Shown here in pieces: positions 26,351 through 39,993 of a DNA stretch of 64,000 nucleotides. The notes below the pieces were generated by a model. It saw only the letters and a program-made list of their open reading frames with translations, had not been told where the DNA came from and did not search any database. The first letter of the stretch is position 1, and each line of letters begins with the position of its first letter. This stretch comes from Bigelowiella natans CCMP2755 (Eukaryota > Protista > Cercozoa). The stretch covers positions 42,914 through 106,913 of the forward strand of contig ADNK01000741.1 in NCBI GenBank assembly GCA_000320545.1, read 5' to 3'. Position numbers and translations under genes: made by a program.

Positions 26351-28108
26351 TCAATGGTGATGATGACTATTCTGATGGTTGTGCGCAGCTCTTTGTGCGG
26401 CTTGTACCCTTTCTTCGATGGCTTGTTTATCGTGACCTTCATCATAAAGTTCGCGTTTCATAGGATCTGTAAGAATTTCGAGAGCTTCTCCAATAATCTT
26501 AAACTTTTCCTCATGCTCTTTCGTCTTTGCCTCATCATCCTCTTTCGCGACTCGGTCGGGGTGTATCTCCAGCGCCCTTTTCTTATAGGCCATTTTGATC
26601 TCTGGTTCAGAGGCAATACGGGATATTCCAAGTAGCTCATAATAGTCTGGGCGTTTCCTCTTGCGTACCTCAAATGCTGCTTTATCAAGCATATGTCGTA
26701 CCATGGTATCATTTTGGAAGGTCGTTTCGAGCAGCTTCTTCATCTCCTTCTCAGCTTCCTGAGGTCTATTGAGTTCAATTAATGCTGACGCTCGCGTAAT
26801 CCATGCCTGCTTGTTGTCATCCTGCGAATGCAGAGCTATCTTGCAGTCATGAAGACACTCATTCCACTGTTTTAGCCGCCGGTAAGCCTGTGCACGTTGG
26901 GCGTGCAAGCTGGCCCATAGAGGGGAGTGTATAGATACGTCTGCGCTTTCTATAGCCTCTGTAAAACATCTCGCTGACTCCGTGAAGTCCCGCTTTTTAA
27001 ATGCATCACGAGCGTTCTCGAAGGCACGAAAAACCGCCTTCACTTTTTTGTATAATGTCCTCGCCTCACCGAAGTCGGGGTCAAGTCGAAGGGCCTCCCG
27101 ACAGTGCTTAAGAGCTTGATCGAAATCCTTGGAAAGATATAGAGCCCATGCTCTCACCACGTAGGCGTCCGTACATTTTCGGCGAGTTCGAATGATGCTG
27201 AGTGATCTGCGTAGGGCGTGATCGCAAATTCCCATCTCCAATTCAGCTCTCAGAGACATCAACGTAGGAGTTACGGCAGATTTAGTAAGGTTGCCAACAG
27301 CCTTGAATATTGCGCGCGCCTCGACATACTTTCCCTCCTTCATCGCAGATTCTCCATCAGCCATTCCCTGTGATAGCTGAAGAACCTTCTGGTGATCCCC
27401 AGCTAGATCCGGCAACCTCTTCAAGTGCTCTTCAAGGTGTGACGCGGCCGATTTGAAATCACCCATTTCACACAGGGCCTGGCTGAGCCGCCGATGCCCT
27501 TTGGTGTAGTTTGGATTCAGCTTAATCGAGGCTCGTGCGTCAGCTAAAGCATCGTCGAATCGCTCTATCTGCATGTAGGCCGCTGATCGGTTTGCTAGTA
27601 CATGGAACATGTCAGGAGCAAGAGAGATAGCCTTGCTGTACATCTTGATAGCTTGATTGTAAGCTCGCGCTCTAAATTGTTGATTGCCCTGTTCCTTGAA
27701 AGCCTCGGCGGATGCGCGCTCTAGGGCCTGTTTGTCCGATGAAGAGCTTAAGTTGTTGATCGTGTGCGTCTTCGAATTGGAAAGATGGTCGTGGAGATCT
27801 CCATAGTCTCCTTTCCATTCACACTGCTGCGCGTGCAGGGGACACCTAACGCGCACGCGCGATAAAATACGCCACGCCAAAGGAGCTTGCTCTCGTAGAG
27901 GCCTGACATCGTCGTTACTAGTCAAAGGCGCTTTGCATTGGGGACAATCTGCTTTCTGGACCAGCCATTCGGAGAGGCATCCTTTGCAGAACACATGAGA
28001 GCATTTCGTATAGACAGGGTATTCGACTAGATTTAGACAAATCCCACATTCAAACTCCTTCCACAGCGTGCTACCCTTCTCCAGCACATTTCCGGTACTA
28101 AATCCCAT
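26351..28108 (-). CDS. Intronless RING/Zn-finger + TPR + J-domain protein (DNAJC7-like with an N-terminal RING)
   Basis: 585-aa ORF: C3HC4 RING ([29 protein letters not shown]...CPQC), TRAF-type Zn finger (RVRCP...CEWKG...LHDH), TPRs ([12 protein letters not shown]...YSKAI), J domain DYYELLG...[13 protein letters not shown]. Confidence 0.92.
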   Translation of the reverse strand: MGFSTGNVLEKGSTLWKEFECGICLNLVEYPVYTKCSHVFCKGCLSEWLVQKADCPQCKAPLTSNDDVRPLREQAPLAWRILSRVRVRCPLHAQQCEWKGDYGDLHDHLSNSKTHTINNLSSSSDKQALERASAEAFKEQGNQQFRARAYNQAIKMYSKAISLAPDMFHVLANRSAAYMQIERFDDALADARASIKLNPNYTKGHRRLSQALCEMGDFKSAASHLEEHLKRLPDLAGDHQKVLQLSQGMADGESAMKEGKYVEARAIFKAVGNLTKSAVTPTLMSLRAELEMGICDHALRRSLSIIRTRRKCTDAYVVRAWALYLSKDFDQALKHCREALRLDPDFGEARTLYKKVKAVFRAFENARDAFKKRDFTESARCFTEAIESADVSIHSPLWASLHAQRAQAYRRLKQWNECLHDCKIALHSQDDNKQAWITRASALIELNRPQEAEKEMKKLLETTFQNDTMVRHMLDKAAFEVRKRKRPDYYELLGISRIASEPEIKMAYKKRALEIHPDRVAKEDDEAKTKEHEEKFKIIGEALEILTDPMKRELYDEGHDKQAIEERVQAAQRAAHNHQNSHHHH

Positions 28109-28756
28109 TGTGCTCGTGGAAATCCTATGTTTATTTTCTGTGTTTGTTTTTCTTTGTGATTCGATCCTTCCTGACCAAATTATTGAGCTCAGTGTTAAAT
28201 ATTCAATGTTTTATGATCAAATACAAACGTTAGGTTCATAACGGGGAGTTGACAATTCCATTTAAGGCATATGTCTAGATCCCAAGAAGAATCAGTGGAG
28301 GACCATCCGTCTCTTTATTAAATGTTTTCCGGAAAAATGAGAAAAGAAAGAGACTCTACAATGACTCAGCGCTCTATCAGATTTGTACCAACGAAGAGAA
28401 GCGAGCTTTACGAGTAACCAGGTGAGATGCAGCTTGTGGTTGTGCGTTGTCCTCGTCCTTGCGGCCCGTGGTGCGTGCCACTTGTGCTCTGATTCGCTTC
28501 AAAAAGAGAACATAGTTTGATAGTTTCCCCCATGTATTTTTACACCGCGACACACCTCAATTAGGTACGATCGGTACGATACGGTTTCCCTCCAAACCTT
28601 GAAGGTGTTATTCTGTCTTTTTTCCCTGTCTAATTTGGATCTGCGACATGTGAGAACAATTGTCTTCTATCGATTTATGCAGAACTCGTAGCGTTCCTTG
28701 ACATGATGAGGAAAGAGAAAGAGGAAGTGGCTCCTACTTATGATTAAGATTTCTAG

Positions 28757-31700
28757 ATGAACGGGCCAGATGTAATTGTGATCGAAGATGCAGAGCTCAA
28801 CTCGTTGGCCCTAGAGCATGAATTGGACTCGGCTTTGGAAGAAGAAGAAATAGTCGAGGCACACCCTTGTGTCAAACCTGACTTTCAAAGCAATAAGAGC
28901 AAAAATATAAAGACCAGCACACCACAGAACCCTTGTGAAAGGGGTAAGCAAGATATCGACTTATCTATTTGAAGCATTCTTTGAATTGAAACCCACCTTA
29001 TATACGACGCTTAGACGCCGAGGAATTGCTGGACGAGGCATGTGAAAATTGTGTGATTTGCATGTCCGCCCTAGTTGGTCCTCCATATTCTGACCCATTA
29101 GCTGTATCTATAGAGTGTGGTCATCTCTTTCATCGAGGTAATCTTTGTATACATTTCAATCATAGTATTAAAAAATTCATCTCTAACCAACGTCGAGCAT
29201 ATCCTCTGGGTGAATTGAACCATGGTTTTGGGAAGGATGCATATCGAAGTGGTTGGAGACGAAGAACTCTTGTCCCTCTTGCAAACGCAGGTTTAGTCGA
29301 CAACTACACATTACTTTATTTTTGTATGAGAAATCAATTTTATTCTTTAGATGCCGAGTAGACAGCCTTGTTACGCCTCGCTGGTCCCCACTTGCAGTAC
29401 TCCAAGAGATTAGCATCTCAGAGGTCTATTACTTAGCACGAAATAGTTTATATTCAATAGAATACCAACATGGTTTTTGCCAGAGATGAATAATTGCCAA
29501 GGATGAGCAGTATGGACTCCCCGTTTCATCTTTTTTAACATAGAACAAGTCATCCGATACGGCGTCGAGTAGCAATGGAAAGGCCAGCAACAGAGAGGGT
29601 AAAAATTCAGAACTGCAGGAATATTGTTGTAGGTATAGTTAGTATCGTATTTCTAGGACTAGGGTACAACGCTACAACGTGATGTGATGCCAAAATAATC
29701 GATAGATTGTGAATCATATATAAATATATCTGTTTTACAGAAACTCAAAGATTTATTGAGTATCTATTGAGCATGAGAAACGAGTTCGAAGGACCTATGA
29801 GGTGGCTAGTCCTATTGTTCTTGCAAAAGCAATTCATCCTCTAAGAGAGTGGCTTCATGGTGACAGGAAAGATGTTGAAACTCAGCTGGATGAATGCACG
29901 CAAAAGCTGCACAGGCAGAGACGAAAGTAATTATACTACAACATTCTTGAATATCGCATGATTTTAAGGGAACTGTATTCTTTAGGCGGGACAGACAAAA
30001 GCTAAAATTTTACGATATGGAAAGGGTGGATCCAGCATTGAGACCCTCCGTGTTCACTTTTGTTGAATTTCAATGGAATTTTGCTCTTTTTCAGGAGCGA
30101 CAGCAACTCCAGCACTCAATGATGCAACTCAAGCAAAGTACATCTGCATTGTGGTCCAAAGTTAAGAGACTGGCGTCTGTCAAAGATGCGGTTGAATGCA
30201 ATAGAAATCTCCGTCTTGATAATTTTTGATTGGTTAATTTTGTAATCGTCAGTGGCGAGCGGCAGAGAAAAAAGGAGTCGATCCAAACCAGTTTTTAGCA
30301 TCCGTAGTCCCTGAATTGGAGAATCGCCATAACGAGGAGGTTTGATTTTTAAGTATCCATAAATAATATTGAGGGTGCTTGTATACGTATAACTTATCAC
30401 TGTCGTTCCTTCGTAGGAATTAATGAAACGATTGAAATGGATGGCAAAGGAGCACCAACTCCAATCCTCGCGCACAGCAAATATTGAGAAAGATCTCAAA
30501 GTAGTGACAACAGGCTAAAGAAAAATTTAGATAAAGATTAATATGATATATTGATTGACTAGTGCATGCATCATAATTATATTGTTGAGCTAATGTAGCG
30601 GGGAATTTGATTGTCTAGTCTTACCTAGTTGTTGTCTATTCCATCAATAAGGCTTTGGAGAGCAACCACCAAGTCGCGTTGGAGACCATAAGGTAATTTA
30701 AAGTAACTAGGATGATGTCTCACGAACGTTGTGGCGTATACCCACAAATCAGTTTAAATTTTTGCGGGATAGTACTGTTTGGATACATCGAGTACTTTTC
30801 CGTAACAAGTAAATCATCGATATTTCCATAGAAACTTATTGTTGTCTTTGGAGAGTTGTTATTCATGACATTGGCCATGTTTACTGCCAGCGTACGGTCC
30901 AGTATGTATGCGTTTAAGAGGATCAAAATCATTTATAGGATTCAAAAGGAGGAGATACGACGAAAACTGGGCAGGAACACAATCTCGAAAGAGAGATTTG
31001 AACAGGAACTTGCCGAGTTCGAAGAGAAGTTGGATCGCGTAATATGAGTGATTTCTCTATTCTAAATAACGTTGGTCTTGAAATTTTTGAGTTTGAAAGC
31101 AATGTCTCATATTGTAGCTGGAACGCATATGCGATGGATGTGGTTGTCAACTTGAAAAGGGAGGGGAATGTAGCTTCTGCCCGGCGGACAGCGTTGTCCC
31201 ATCGCAGGTACAGTTTTTATTTTAGAATTCTATCCGAATATCGAATATGTCGCGTGCATAACAGGTCACCGATACGCAGAAGGAGCGGGATAGCGATAGT
31301 TCAAGCAGTTCGGATGAAGTTTCGTTTGAAGAGAAGCCGCAAAACGTGCTTACTGAACTCTCGTATCCTCTTGCTGTGTTTCCTCCAAAAGCTAATGGAA
31401 TGCGAGACAGGATACGCAAGCAATTTGATACTTTCGATAAGATGGACCAAAGACGAAGAAAGCTTTCAGAAAGCCAGGAAAATAAAAGCGTGGGAATATT
31501 CCCTTCCACTAGCAACCCATTCAATATAGGAAAGTCCAGATTTGGTACTGGAAGTTTCGGTAGCAGCAAAAAGCGTGCCAGCGTAAAACGCAACAGGTCA
31601 TTGAACAGCAATAGTTTTTCGTCGCGCATAAATCCAGCAACAGTTTCGTCAAGCAGGGCCATGTCGATATACCCAGATTCAAGCTCTCATTCATTTGCTA

Positions 31701-31828
31701 TGGGAGGATCTTCATCATTTAAATCATCTAGAGATCGGAAAGCAGGGAGAAGGATTATAGGAAGTAGTCCAGTGACCTCTTCGAGCATGAAACCAACGAA
31801 AATATCGTCGTTCTTTTCAAAAATATGA
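28757..31828 (+). CDS. RING-H2 + coiled-coil E3 ligase, TRAIP-like (5' end uncertain, possibly ~28320)
   Basis: CVICMSALVGPPYSDPLAVSIECGHLFHR|GCISKWLETKNSCPSCKR, followed by several coiled-coil exons. C-terminus MKPTKISSFFSKI* resembles a PIP box, as in TRAIP. Confidence 0.7.
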
Positions 31829-32639
31829 CAATCTGATAGCTTCTCAAAAACCCAAATCGCAGTAGCTTGACACACTCATTGTAATGCGCTATGTGCATTT
31901 GCAGCATCGATGCAACTGCCATGTTTCGGAAATGGATGCATCAATGATCTTCACGGCTAGGTCGCCGATGAAAGCGCATTAACAATGTTGTCGTCACTTG
32001 CTAGCTTGGCGATCGTTACGGTTCGCTAGCTGAGACAGACACACACAGAGACAGATGGGGCCTCGTTGCTCACTGCCACGTTAGCACGGCCTGTTTGGGC
32101 GACCAGCCTAGCAGCCTGACTAGCTGATCTAGCTAGTGATGACGACAGGTGGGCACCAGAGAACATTGTTTCTGCTGTGTGCGCAGACTTGCTGTCCGAT
32201 GTTTGTCGTTGCGACAGCCATGTCTCGATGTGATGGACACGATTTTTCGCAGCCAGGCTAGCAGGCTAGCAGGCAGGTCTAGAGGTGGCATTGCAGACAA
32301 CGCGACACAATGCATGTGCGCACGTGCAATCTAGCAATGCACAAGCAATGCACACAACATTGCTGTGCACACTTGTTGTTGCAGACAACGCAATGTGGCA
32401 TGCACACATGACGTGTGCAATGATGTTGCTGTGTCCATCACCACAAGCTGGCTCTCCAAGCTGGCTAGCAAGGCAGAACTAGAGAAGGGGGGCGGGGGTG
32501 CTTTTTGGAGACACCAGACACAAGTTGCAACAACCACGCTGGCACGCTGGTGCGTTCCACAGCGTTGTTTGTGATTGCCACGGATGCCAGGCCAGGTTGT
32601 CATTGCGTTGCCTGTCTCTCAAGTGCTGCTAGAAGCATG

Positions 32640-35260
32640 GCAACATGCAGGTGGAGCACACCCCACACTTCATTTCCTGGCCATGCAATCAGCAGCAAAA
32701 ATTGCGAAAATGCGCAACACGAAAATTTGCCCACTGACGACCCACTGCTGAACTGAATTGCTAGAATGACACGATGAAAAACAATGGGCAAACTGGCAAA
32801 GCACACGTCTGCTTTGTGAAAACAATCTTTGTCAAAAATGACAAGGCAAAAATCCACAGCAGAGCATCGATCGTTGAAAACACTGCAAATTCATTCTCAC
32901 CCAAGGTGACAAGTGAGAACGTTCAAATCAAAAACGGGAAAGCCACCAGATGAATGGCTGACGGAAGAACAATTTGGATCTCTGAAGAACAAAAGATTGC
33001 TTTGATGGGATTTGCATGCACTCACCACACCAACTGTCAAAAATCAAGTTGTTCATGCATGGACGAGCGTGTTGACAAAAAACTCATTGCCACTGGTGAT
33101 CTGGCACAATTGGATCCCATTGAAAATGAACACCTGTTCAATGACACAAAAGACCTTGACATTGGAACAACTGAAGCCATGAGTGCTGTGTTTCCCAACC
33201 AAATTGCTCTCAAAATTTGCAAGAGAGTGAAAACAGATGAAGAAAGATTGAAATCAACCAAACTGAAAGAAGAAACGTTTGATGCAATGATGACTGAACC
33301 AGTTTGATGTGCTGAAAAAACACTTCAAATTGGTGAGAAACATGGACAAAGTTGAGACTCTCAACAATGTTGCCTTTTGCAACTTTGTTGGATCCCGTTC
33401 TGCAGGTGAGCACGTCCACAGCCTGCAAAAAAGACCGAGGAAAAAGTTCGTGTGGATGGCATTTGCTGCCATGCGGGTGTGGAGATGGTGTGCAAGAAAT
33501 GCGATGGAAAAACAAAATCGCGTGCAAATTGTGCTCACGAAATCATCAAAGTGAGCAAAAAAGAAGCAACAAGGAGGGATGCAATGAGATGTTTGCTGTC
33601 TGTGTCAGAAGGCACGTGAGGTGTTCAGTGTTCAACTTCATTGACCCACAAGGGGAGAACCCAATTGCTGATTTGGACAACCAGCCAATCATCCATGTCG
33701 GATGGGTTTCTCCAAAGAGGGCCAGCCTGCTCATGCACCAGGATTGAAAAAAGGGACATGAACGACTTGTTCAATGAGACAGCACACGAAAGGATCATTT
33801 TTCCAACTTGGCTTTCTGAAGAAATCAGGGATTGATTGTCGTTCAAGGTGCCACACGTGGCTCAGTGAATCTGAGATGAATGAGCGAATGAAAAAAATGG
33901 GGAACCTCTCTTCGCCACATTTTTGAGAAATCCGAAGATCGACATGTTGGTGGACAGTGTGAGAAGAAACGAACTGGAGGATTTTTTTGCTCCACAAATC
34001 AGAGTGCGGAGGCTTTCACTTCTGGTCGACTGGCACACACGTGGTGCCTCAAAACAGGGGTCTTGGAGGGGAGCATTGCTTCCGATTCACCAGGGCATGC
34101 GTGTCCAACCTTTTTCGTGAGAAGTTCACGACTTTTTTTTCATCAAAATGGCAAGGTGCAGGGTTTCAGCGGCAGCAAAGGGGGCAACAGAGAACCACGA
34201 ATGCGCAGATTGGTTGGAACGATTGACCACAATGCATTTTGCTGACGTGGATGGCATTTTCAAGCCGACGAGGAAACTAGTTGCGCCAGACAAGAAGACT
34301 GGCCATGATCTTGAAGTTAATTCAAAGAACATCAAGGGGCACGAACACTTCACACAGAAAAAATTCCAAGGTTGTGAGTTCAAAGTCGATGCTTGCTACG
34401 AGCCTAGTTGGCGCAACCTGGAAAGCACAGATTCACTGTTCATGTCCGGGAAAGTTTTGTGTCTCATTCAAATGACGTCATCCCCAAGACATCCTGTCAA
34501 AGCTGCTGGAATCGGGGCAGTGTGCAAGGCGGCCAAGGAGAGACATTCGGATTTGGAAGGGCACGTTTTCATTTTTGTTCTCCCAGAGGGAAGTTCGCGT
34601 GGAGGCAAAGACTGTGTCAAAGATTTTGCCTGCCAATCCCATGTGAAATCCAATGGGAAAGTTGCAGAACATGGAATTGTTTGTGGTTTTCCCAAGCTGA
34701 AATCGGAGCTCGGCCAGCCAGCACCTGTTTGTCCTTCCAGGTGTTCTGGAACCAGAGGAAAAGGAGACTTGATTCCACGATGCACGAGAAATTCTGCCAT
34801 GTGGACAATGACGCGATGCTCTGCTGCAGATTTTTGCTGTGTCACTTTTGACAAAGATTGTTTTCACAAAAGACACGTGATGTGCGTTGTCATTTTGCCA
34901 TGTCATTCTAGCAATTCAGTTCGATCAGCAGCAGGCCAGCAGGTCCAGTGGGCAAATTTTCGTGTTTGGCATTTTCGCAATTTTTGCTGCTCATTGCAGT
35001 TGGGAAATGAACTGTGGGGTGTTGCACGTGTGATGTTCGCAAGACTTTTGCTGTGTCGGTGTCATTCTGGAAATTCAGTTCAGCAGTGGGTCATCATGGT
35101 GGACATGCAATGCACAAGCGTGTGCACAACATGCATGGTGCATTGCTGTGTCCATCATCATCAGTGCTGGGAGTGGGCAAATTTTCATGTTGCGCATTTT
35201 CGCAATTTTTGCTGCTCATTGCAGTTGGGAAATGAAATGTGGGGTGTGCTCCACCTGCTG
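32640..35260. mobile_element. Inverted-repeat-flanked element carrying a Crinkler-like relic
   Basis: The left arm (32640-32870) is the reverse complement of the right arm (34814-35030); the sub-unit GGGCAAATTTTC..CATTTTCGCAATTTTTGCTGC..GGAAATGAA.TGTGGGGTGT recurs at 35174-35260. Confidence 0.6.
32954..34700 (+). pseudogene. Decayed Crinkler/RHS-type NTPase + restriction-endonuclease-fold gene
   Basis: Frameshifted fragments: RIIFPTWLSEEIR (cf. MPxWSxEEL), MNERMKKMG (ERFxxWGG), WLERL, ACYEPSWRNLESTDSLF..VLCLIQMTSSPRHPVKAAGI (YxPxxxNFxxxDS..FQxTxxxxHPxKxxGL), HVFIFVLP, FACQSH. Motif match is from recall. Confidence 0.7.
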
Positions 35261-36596
35261 CTGCAACATGGCAACGCAGAACCAGACAAGGTGGCGGCGG
35301 CGTGGCAGCAGCACGCCACAACTGGACCAGCGTCTGTGTGATTTTGTTGCAATGTGCATCACTTGCAGGTGCCGCACGTGTGTGATCCAATCATCAGTCG
35401 CACACGGAACATCAGCGAAAAGCCACGCAACCGCAGCGATGCTTCACAAAAGTCCGTCAAACCCGGTGACGACGGGGTTGTGAACAGTGCAGCGCTTTGC
35501 GACGCGCTTTGAAGCAGCAGGCAGTTGCAGTTGGTCAAAGAAAAGTCACCAGACAGAACTTGTCCGATGGCCAAACCTCAAAAAATCTAAAAATGACCGA
35601 AATGTTGACCAAAATGTCCATTTTCAAGGCCTCAAAGTGTGAAAATTCACACCCGTTGTGCAGCGGATGCACGCTGCGCGTTTGTTCTCTGCCACATTTT
35701 GAATGCTTTTGCGTGTGCGTTTGACCAAATGTGACATGCACGAAAAATTTCAAAGAAATGCGAGCAAATCCAATGTCCATTGCATCACATGACGCGCTTG
35801 GTCGCGCGCAAAAGCTTCCAATTGCACATTCTGGCGATTCGTCACAGGTTTGACGGACTTGTGCATGCATGGCATCAAACTTGCACGAGGGCAAAACTCG
35901 CAAAATGCTCGATCAGGCAGCTCGATGCGGTGAGCTTCATTCGAACACGCTACGCACTTTCGAACTCATGCACGTTGATGTGCATTGCGAATCACATCGA
36001 CGTGCAAGCTAGCAACAAGGGTGCACACTAGACAGTCTAGCAGCACCGGAATGCTCTAGCGCTGCGCAGCTCCTCTAGTCCTGCACACTTTTGTAGCAGC
36101 AACGCACTTGATTGTTGGCACTGGCATGCCATGGCATGGAACTTCAGCAGAAGTGCTTTGTGCAAGTGTTTCTTCTCTCTCCTCACCCGCTCATCAATCG
36201 CTAGATCGCGCGCAGCACGCGTTGCATTGCCAGCACGTCACAGTCTCAGGTGCAGTGTGCTCTTGAAGTACCACGACGTGCTAGCGTGTGCACACTGTGA
36301 TGCACCAGTGCCATCTAGCAATGCCTAGATGCGTTTAACCTCAAATGTCAGATTGCTCAAACAAATTAATTGGTGCAGCAGCGCACGTGCAAGATGAACC
36401 TGCACTGTGATCGACCACTGTGGAGCGTTGTCCGGCCTTCATTGCTGCCCTAGATCTGAACGCGCGTAATACACGTTCACGGGCATCAAAACGTCGGTTT
36501 TGTCCCAAAATGGACTTCAGGAGCTACGTGCAGGGTAGAAATGTGCATGGCTGGATTCTCAGTATCCACGCAATGTAACACGTTGCTTGGCATTGA

Positions 36597-39500
36597 TCAA
36601 ACTTGTCCACACGATTTATTTGGGGCGACGATAGGTGACTTCTTGCAAATCTGAGGTTTTTGAGCATAGGGCATATTTGGTGAACTAGAGAGAAAACCAC
36701 TCACCTTGTGCATGAGATGTGCATCAAGTGTGTTATTGTGCATGCACTTAGTTCATTATGAAAAGGAATGGAAAACGGTGTGCATTGCATGGCAGTAGAT
36801 ACTTGACATACTGTGCCCTCTGAAAACCAGTACGGTGCGGTAACATAATTACATTTTTGTAGCAGCACAACCGACATTTCCATCCTTCGTCCTCCTTCAC
36901 ACCCTCCGGTTCTCGACTACCGGTCCAATATCTGTAAAACGTACAAAAAACACGTCTTCACTCATACTTAACTTCTCCTTGATTTATTCACAAAAAAGTA
37001 TACCCGAGAAAGTGCGAAACATCTTGCAACACCCATTTTTCTGAATACTCAAATTGGTCCGATCCTATCGACTTTTTCGTTTCTTGGTGCTCGTACCTTC
37101 ACCAAAGGTGTTGAGGTAAGGCATAAGAGAATGGAAAAAGTTGCTTAGTTTAAAAAAAAAAAAGAGAAGATCTTAGGCTCAAATATGAAAATGTGCCAAC
37201 CTACACTCCAGCACGTTATCCATTGGCTCATCCTTCATCATACGAAACGCTGCCAATACCAAGAGCATAGCTGTGTGCAGGTTCATGCTCAAAGATGAAC
37301 AATCGTCACTCTTTATATCCCCCCATCCTTGTGCTTCTTCATTTTGATCGTTCCGCTTTCCTCGATCCTCTTGATATTTTTCTCTCTTTCCCATTACTTG
37401 AACGTTGTCTTCTTCTTTCTTATTAACTCCTTCGACTTTGGTGAGAAGACGAAAAGCCATCCTCAACTCATCGCTATGTTCGATGACATGCCTTGCTGAT
37501 TCCCGTAAATTTTTTGAAATTTCATCGGAAAGTGGCTTTAATGGCTTCAGGCACAACGACTCGAAGAACACTACCAGAGCAAATTAAAATTCGATAAAAA
37601 TAAGGGAAATACAAAATCGAGACCACCAATTGATGAAAATGAAGGAAGATTGAGTATTCGAAGGATGGAAAAACTATCTAGATCATTATAATACATATTT
37701 TTGTCCGATAGTGGAACAACAGTGAGGTATTCGTGAGTTACGCACATGTGATGGGAAAGGATGAGATTGGGTGTTTCACCAGCTGATCGAACATGAATTT
37801 ATACCTTAGGAATACAAGGGAGAAAATATACTAAAACAACAAAATTCCACCAAACAGGCAAGGAGGGACAGATATAGAGAACTTGTGCTTAAACTTGCAT
37901 TTTCTCTTTAACTATCGTTTGTGGCATGATGGAAGGTGGAAACATCAAGTTTCATTCTATTCTAGTAGTAGTGAAAGTATTCATAACGGACATTAGCAGC
38001 TGCAAGCGTGAAGTACGCTTCTGCGCGATGCTTGGCATATGAAATCGTTTACCTAAATTTAACAAAAAATTATCTTTATTAGGTTAATGATTGTGTATCT
38101 AATATTTGAACGTTCCTACGTGTTTTGTTGTCAATGATCTTTAGAACTCTTCGTGTGCGTCGACAAGTAGTTGGGTCGGTAATTGTACGTAACAGACTCC
38201 GTTTTCTCGTCAGCACGGTGGTGCTGGAGAGTTGTCCCAACGATGAAATTCGATTTAAAGATAATAATATTCTTTTGGATGTATTTTCCCTTTCCTGCGC
38301 AGGTCCTAGTTTCTTTCCATGGCCATCATCACAATTCACATCATCATCATGACCATCAAATTCACCTTCACCAGCGATCTGATTGTTGTTGTCATCACAA
38401 TCCGTCTTACCAGCTTTCTTTGCTACCCGGACGCAATTGTCAACTTCTACAACATCTTTAATTTTGCTACTTATTATGTTGCGGTCGCTTTTACCATCAT
38501 TATCATTGTGGCTATTTGGTTGTGCTTTTCCTATCAGCACAGTAGACGGCCTTTTCTTCGTCTTTGTATCCGCTGCTGCCATCGTCTCTTGACCCGTAAT
38601 CGGGTCAATTTGCCCTATAAAGAAGCTTTTGATCGACATCGAGGACGCTCTTTTAGCTACTGCTGCTGTTGATGAGGTGGATTTTATTTTGGTAGAGTGG
38701 TAACGACGGGAATTCCTCCTCATAATGTCACTATCTTGCTGTGCGGAAGGCATTTTTCGCATTCCTTTTCTGCCACCGATTATGACGGTGTGATGTTTAA
38801 GCTCATCAATTACCCCAACGAGGAATAGCATCGATGATTGTTGCTTCGTTGTTTCCTCAATCTCTTTTTCTGCTTGGTGGCCATTATCCAAAGATGAAGA
38901 TGATAAAGAGGAAGGAGCGACGCTGTTAAGATGAGCAGAAAGATCAAAGATGTACTGTACCGTGAATATCCACAATTTTACTTGTTACTACCATAAGATG
39001 TATTACCCGAAAACAGGCAACTCACGAGTCCTTCCGTTGTTCCTCAACTCATTAAGACACGTCAGACAGTTTGCCAGCCGATTACCCCAGAAATCCTCTC
39101 TTGTGTGTATGTTGACGGCCACAATATCGTGAACCTCCAATTCAAGCTCCTGGGGGCATGATAGTTGCACAGAAATTTCATATGAGGAAAATAAATGCTT
39201 TGCTACTAATGGTCTCTTCCCAATTTAGTAGTGCATAAGGGTATAAGGCAACCGTTTGCTTACATTATAAACTGGAACGTTACAGGGTTGATAAGCATGC
39301 ATCCCGTTATCCTCATGTGATTCTATTTGTTTTGTCTTACATGATGTCGAACTTTGCCAGCATCGATCACTTTCTTTTGCTCTCGAGTATACCGTCTACC
39401 CATTTAAGAACAACATCAAGGAATAAGATTATGTTACACCCATATAAAGACCACGTTTTGGACGAGCAATAGACCCCCACCTTCCGTAAAGATTTTGGAG

Positions 39501-39993
39501 ATGAAACTCATTCTCACACCAAGCCTGTGGGAATAGAAATCTTGTGAATTTCGTGCAAGAAGTGAAATAGATCGATGTAAATATAATGCATAGATATAAC
39601 ATTTACACACTGAGGTTTGGAAAATTCTGGGATCATGTAGTAACCTGTGATGAAAAGTCAGTGACTGCCAATGCCCTTCGCTTACGGAATCTCTCCTTGA
39701 CGAATAGGTGGCAAGATCAGGCTTGATAGGGATAACTTAAACCCACCATACAAACTGATATTTTATTTGATTTTTTTATGGCCACAAGGAGAGATAGCTA
39801 CGTTTCTACCTTTGGAGTCTGCCTCAAGAAATTAAAATCGCTCTCATCCAACCCATCCAATAGATCTTCGATGTCTTCTACCTTGTTCGATCTATGCTTG
39901 GCATCACTCGCATCCATCGAGAGTGACTCTACGCAGTCTCCTCTCGAGGAGGAGGGTACTCGTATGCTGCAATGGAGATGATTTATGTCCTCC
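36597..39993 (-). CDS. EXO5: Exonuclease V (Fe-S cluster 5' exonuclease); 5' end uncertain
   Basis: LAVTDFSSQ|AWCENEF, DAGKVRHH|ELELEVHD...TREDFWG...GRTRELPVFG, LVGVIDELK, C-terminal GSREPEGV..EGWKCRLCCYKN|IC (Cx2Cx5C). Stop TGA at 36597-36599. Confidence 0.88.

Larger units (their letters stand above)
31900..36560. other. TpA-depleted domain 4
   Basis: No TA read in ~32764-34277 despite AT-rich sequence with long A/T runs; survivors are CTAG/CTAC. Lies between the convergent RING and EXO5 3' ends. Confidence 0.95.

Noticed and set aside
32954-34700. Alternative genetic code, or foreign/contaminant DNA, as an explanation for TA-less coding relics
   Set aside because: Depletion is frame- and strand-independent, covers non-coding DNA and grades smoothly into host gene 3' ends. 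Long-read confirmation is still desirable.
31900-36560. Classical RIP or CpG-methylation decay as the cause of the bias
   Set aside because: RIP creates TpA and removes CpA, and 5mC decay removes CpG. Here TpA is lost while CpA, TpG and CpG are plentiful.
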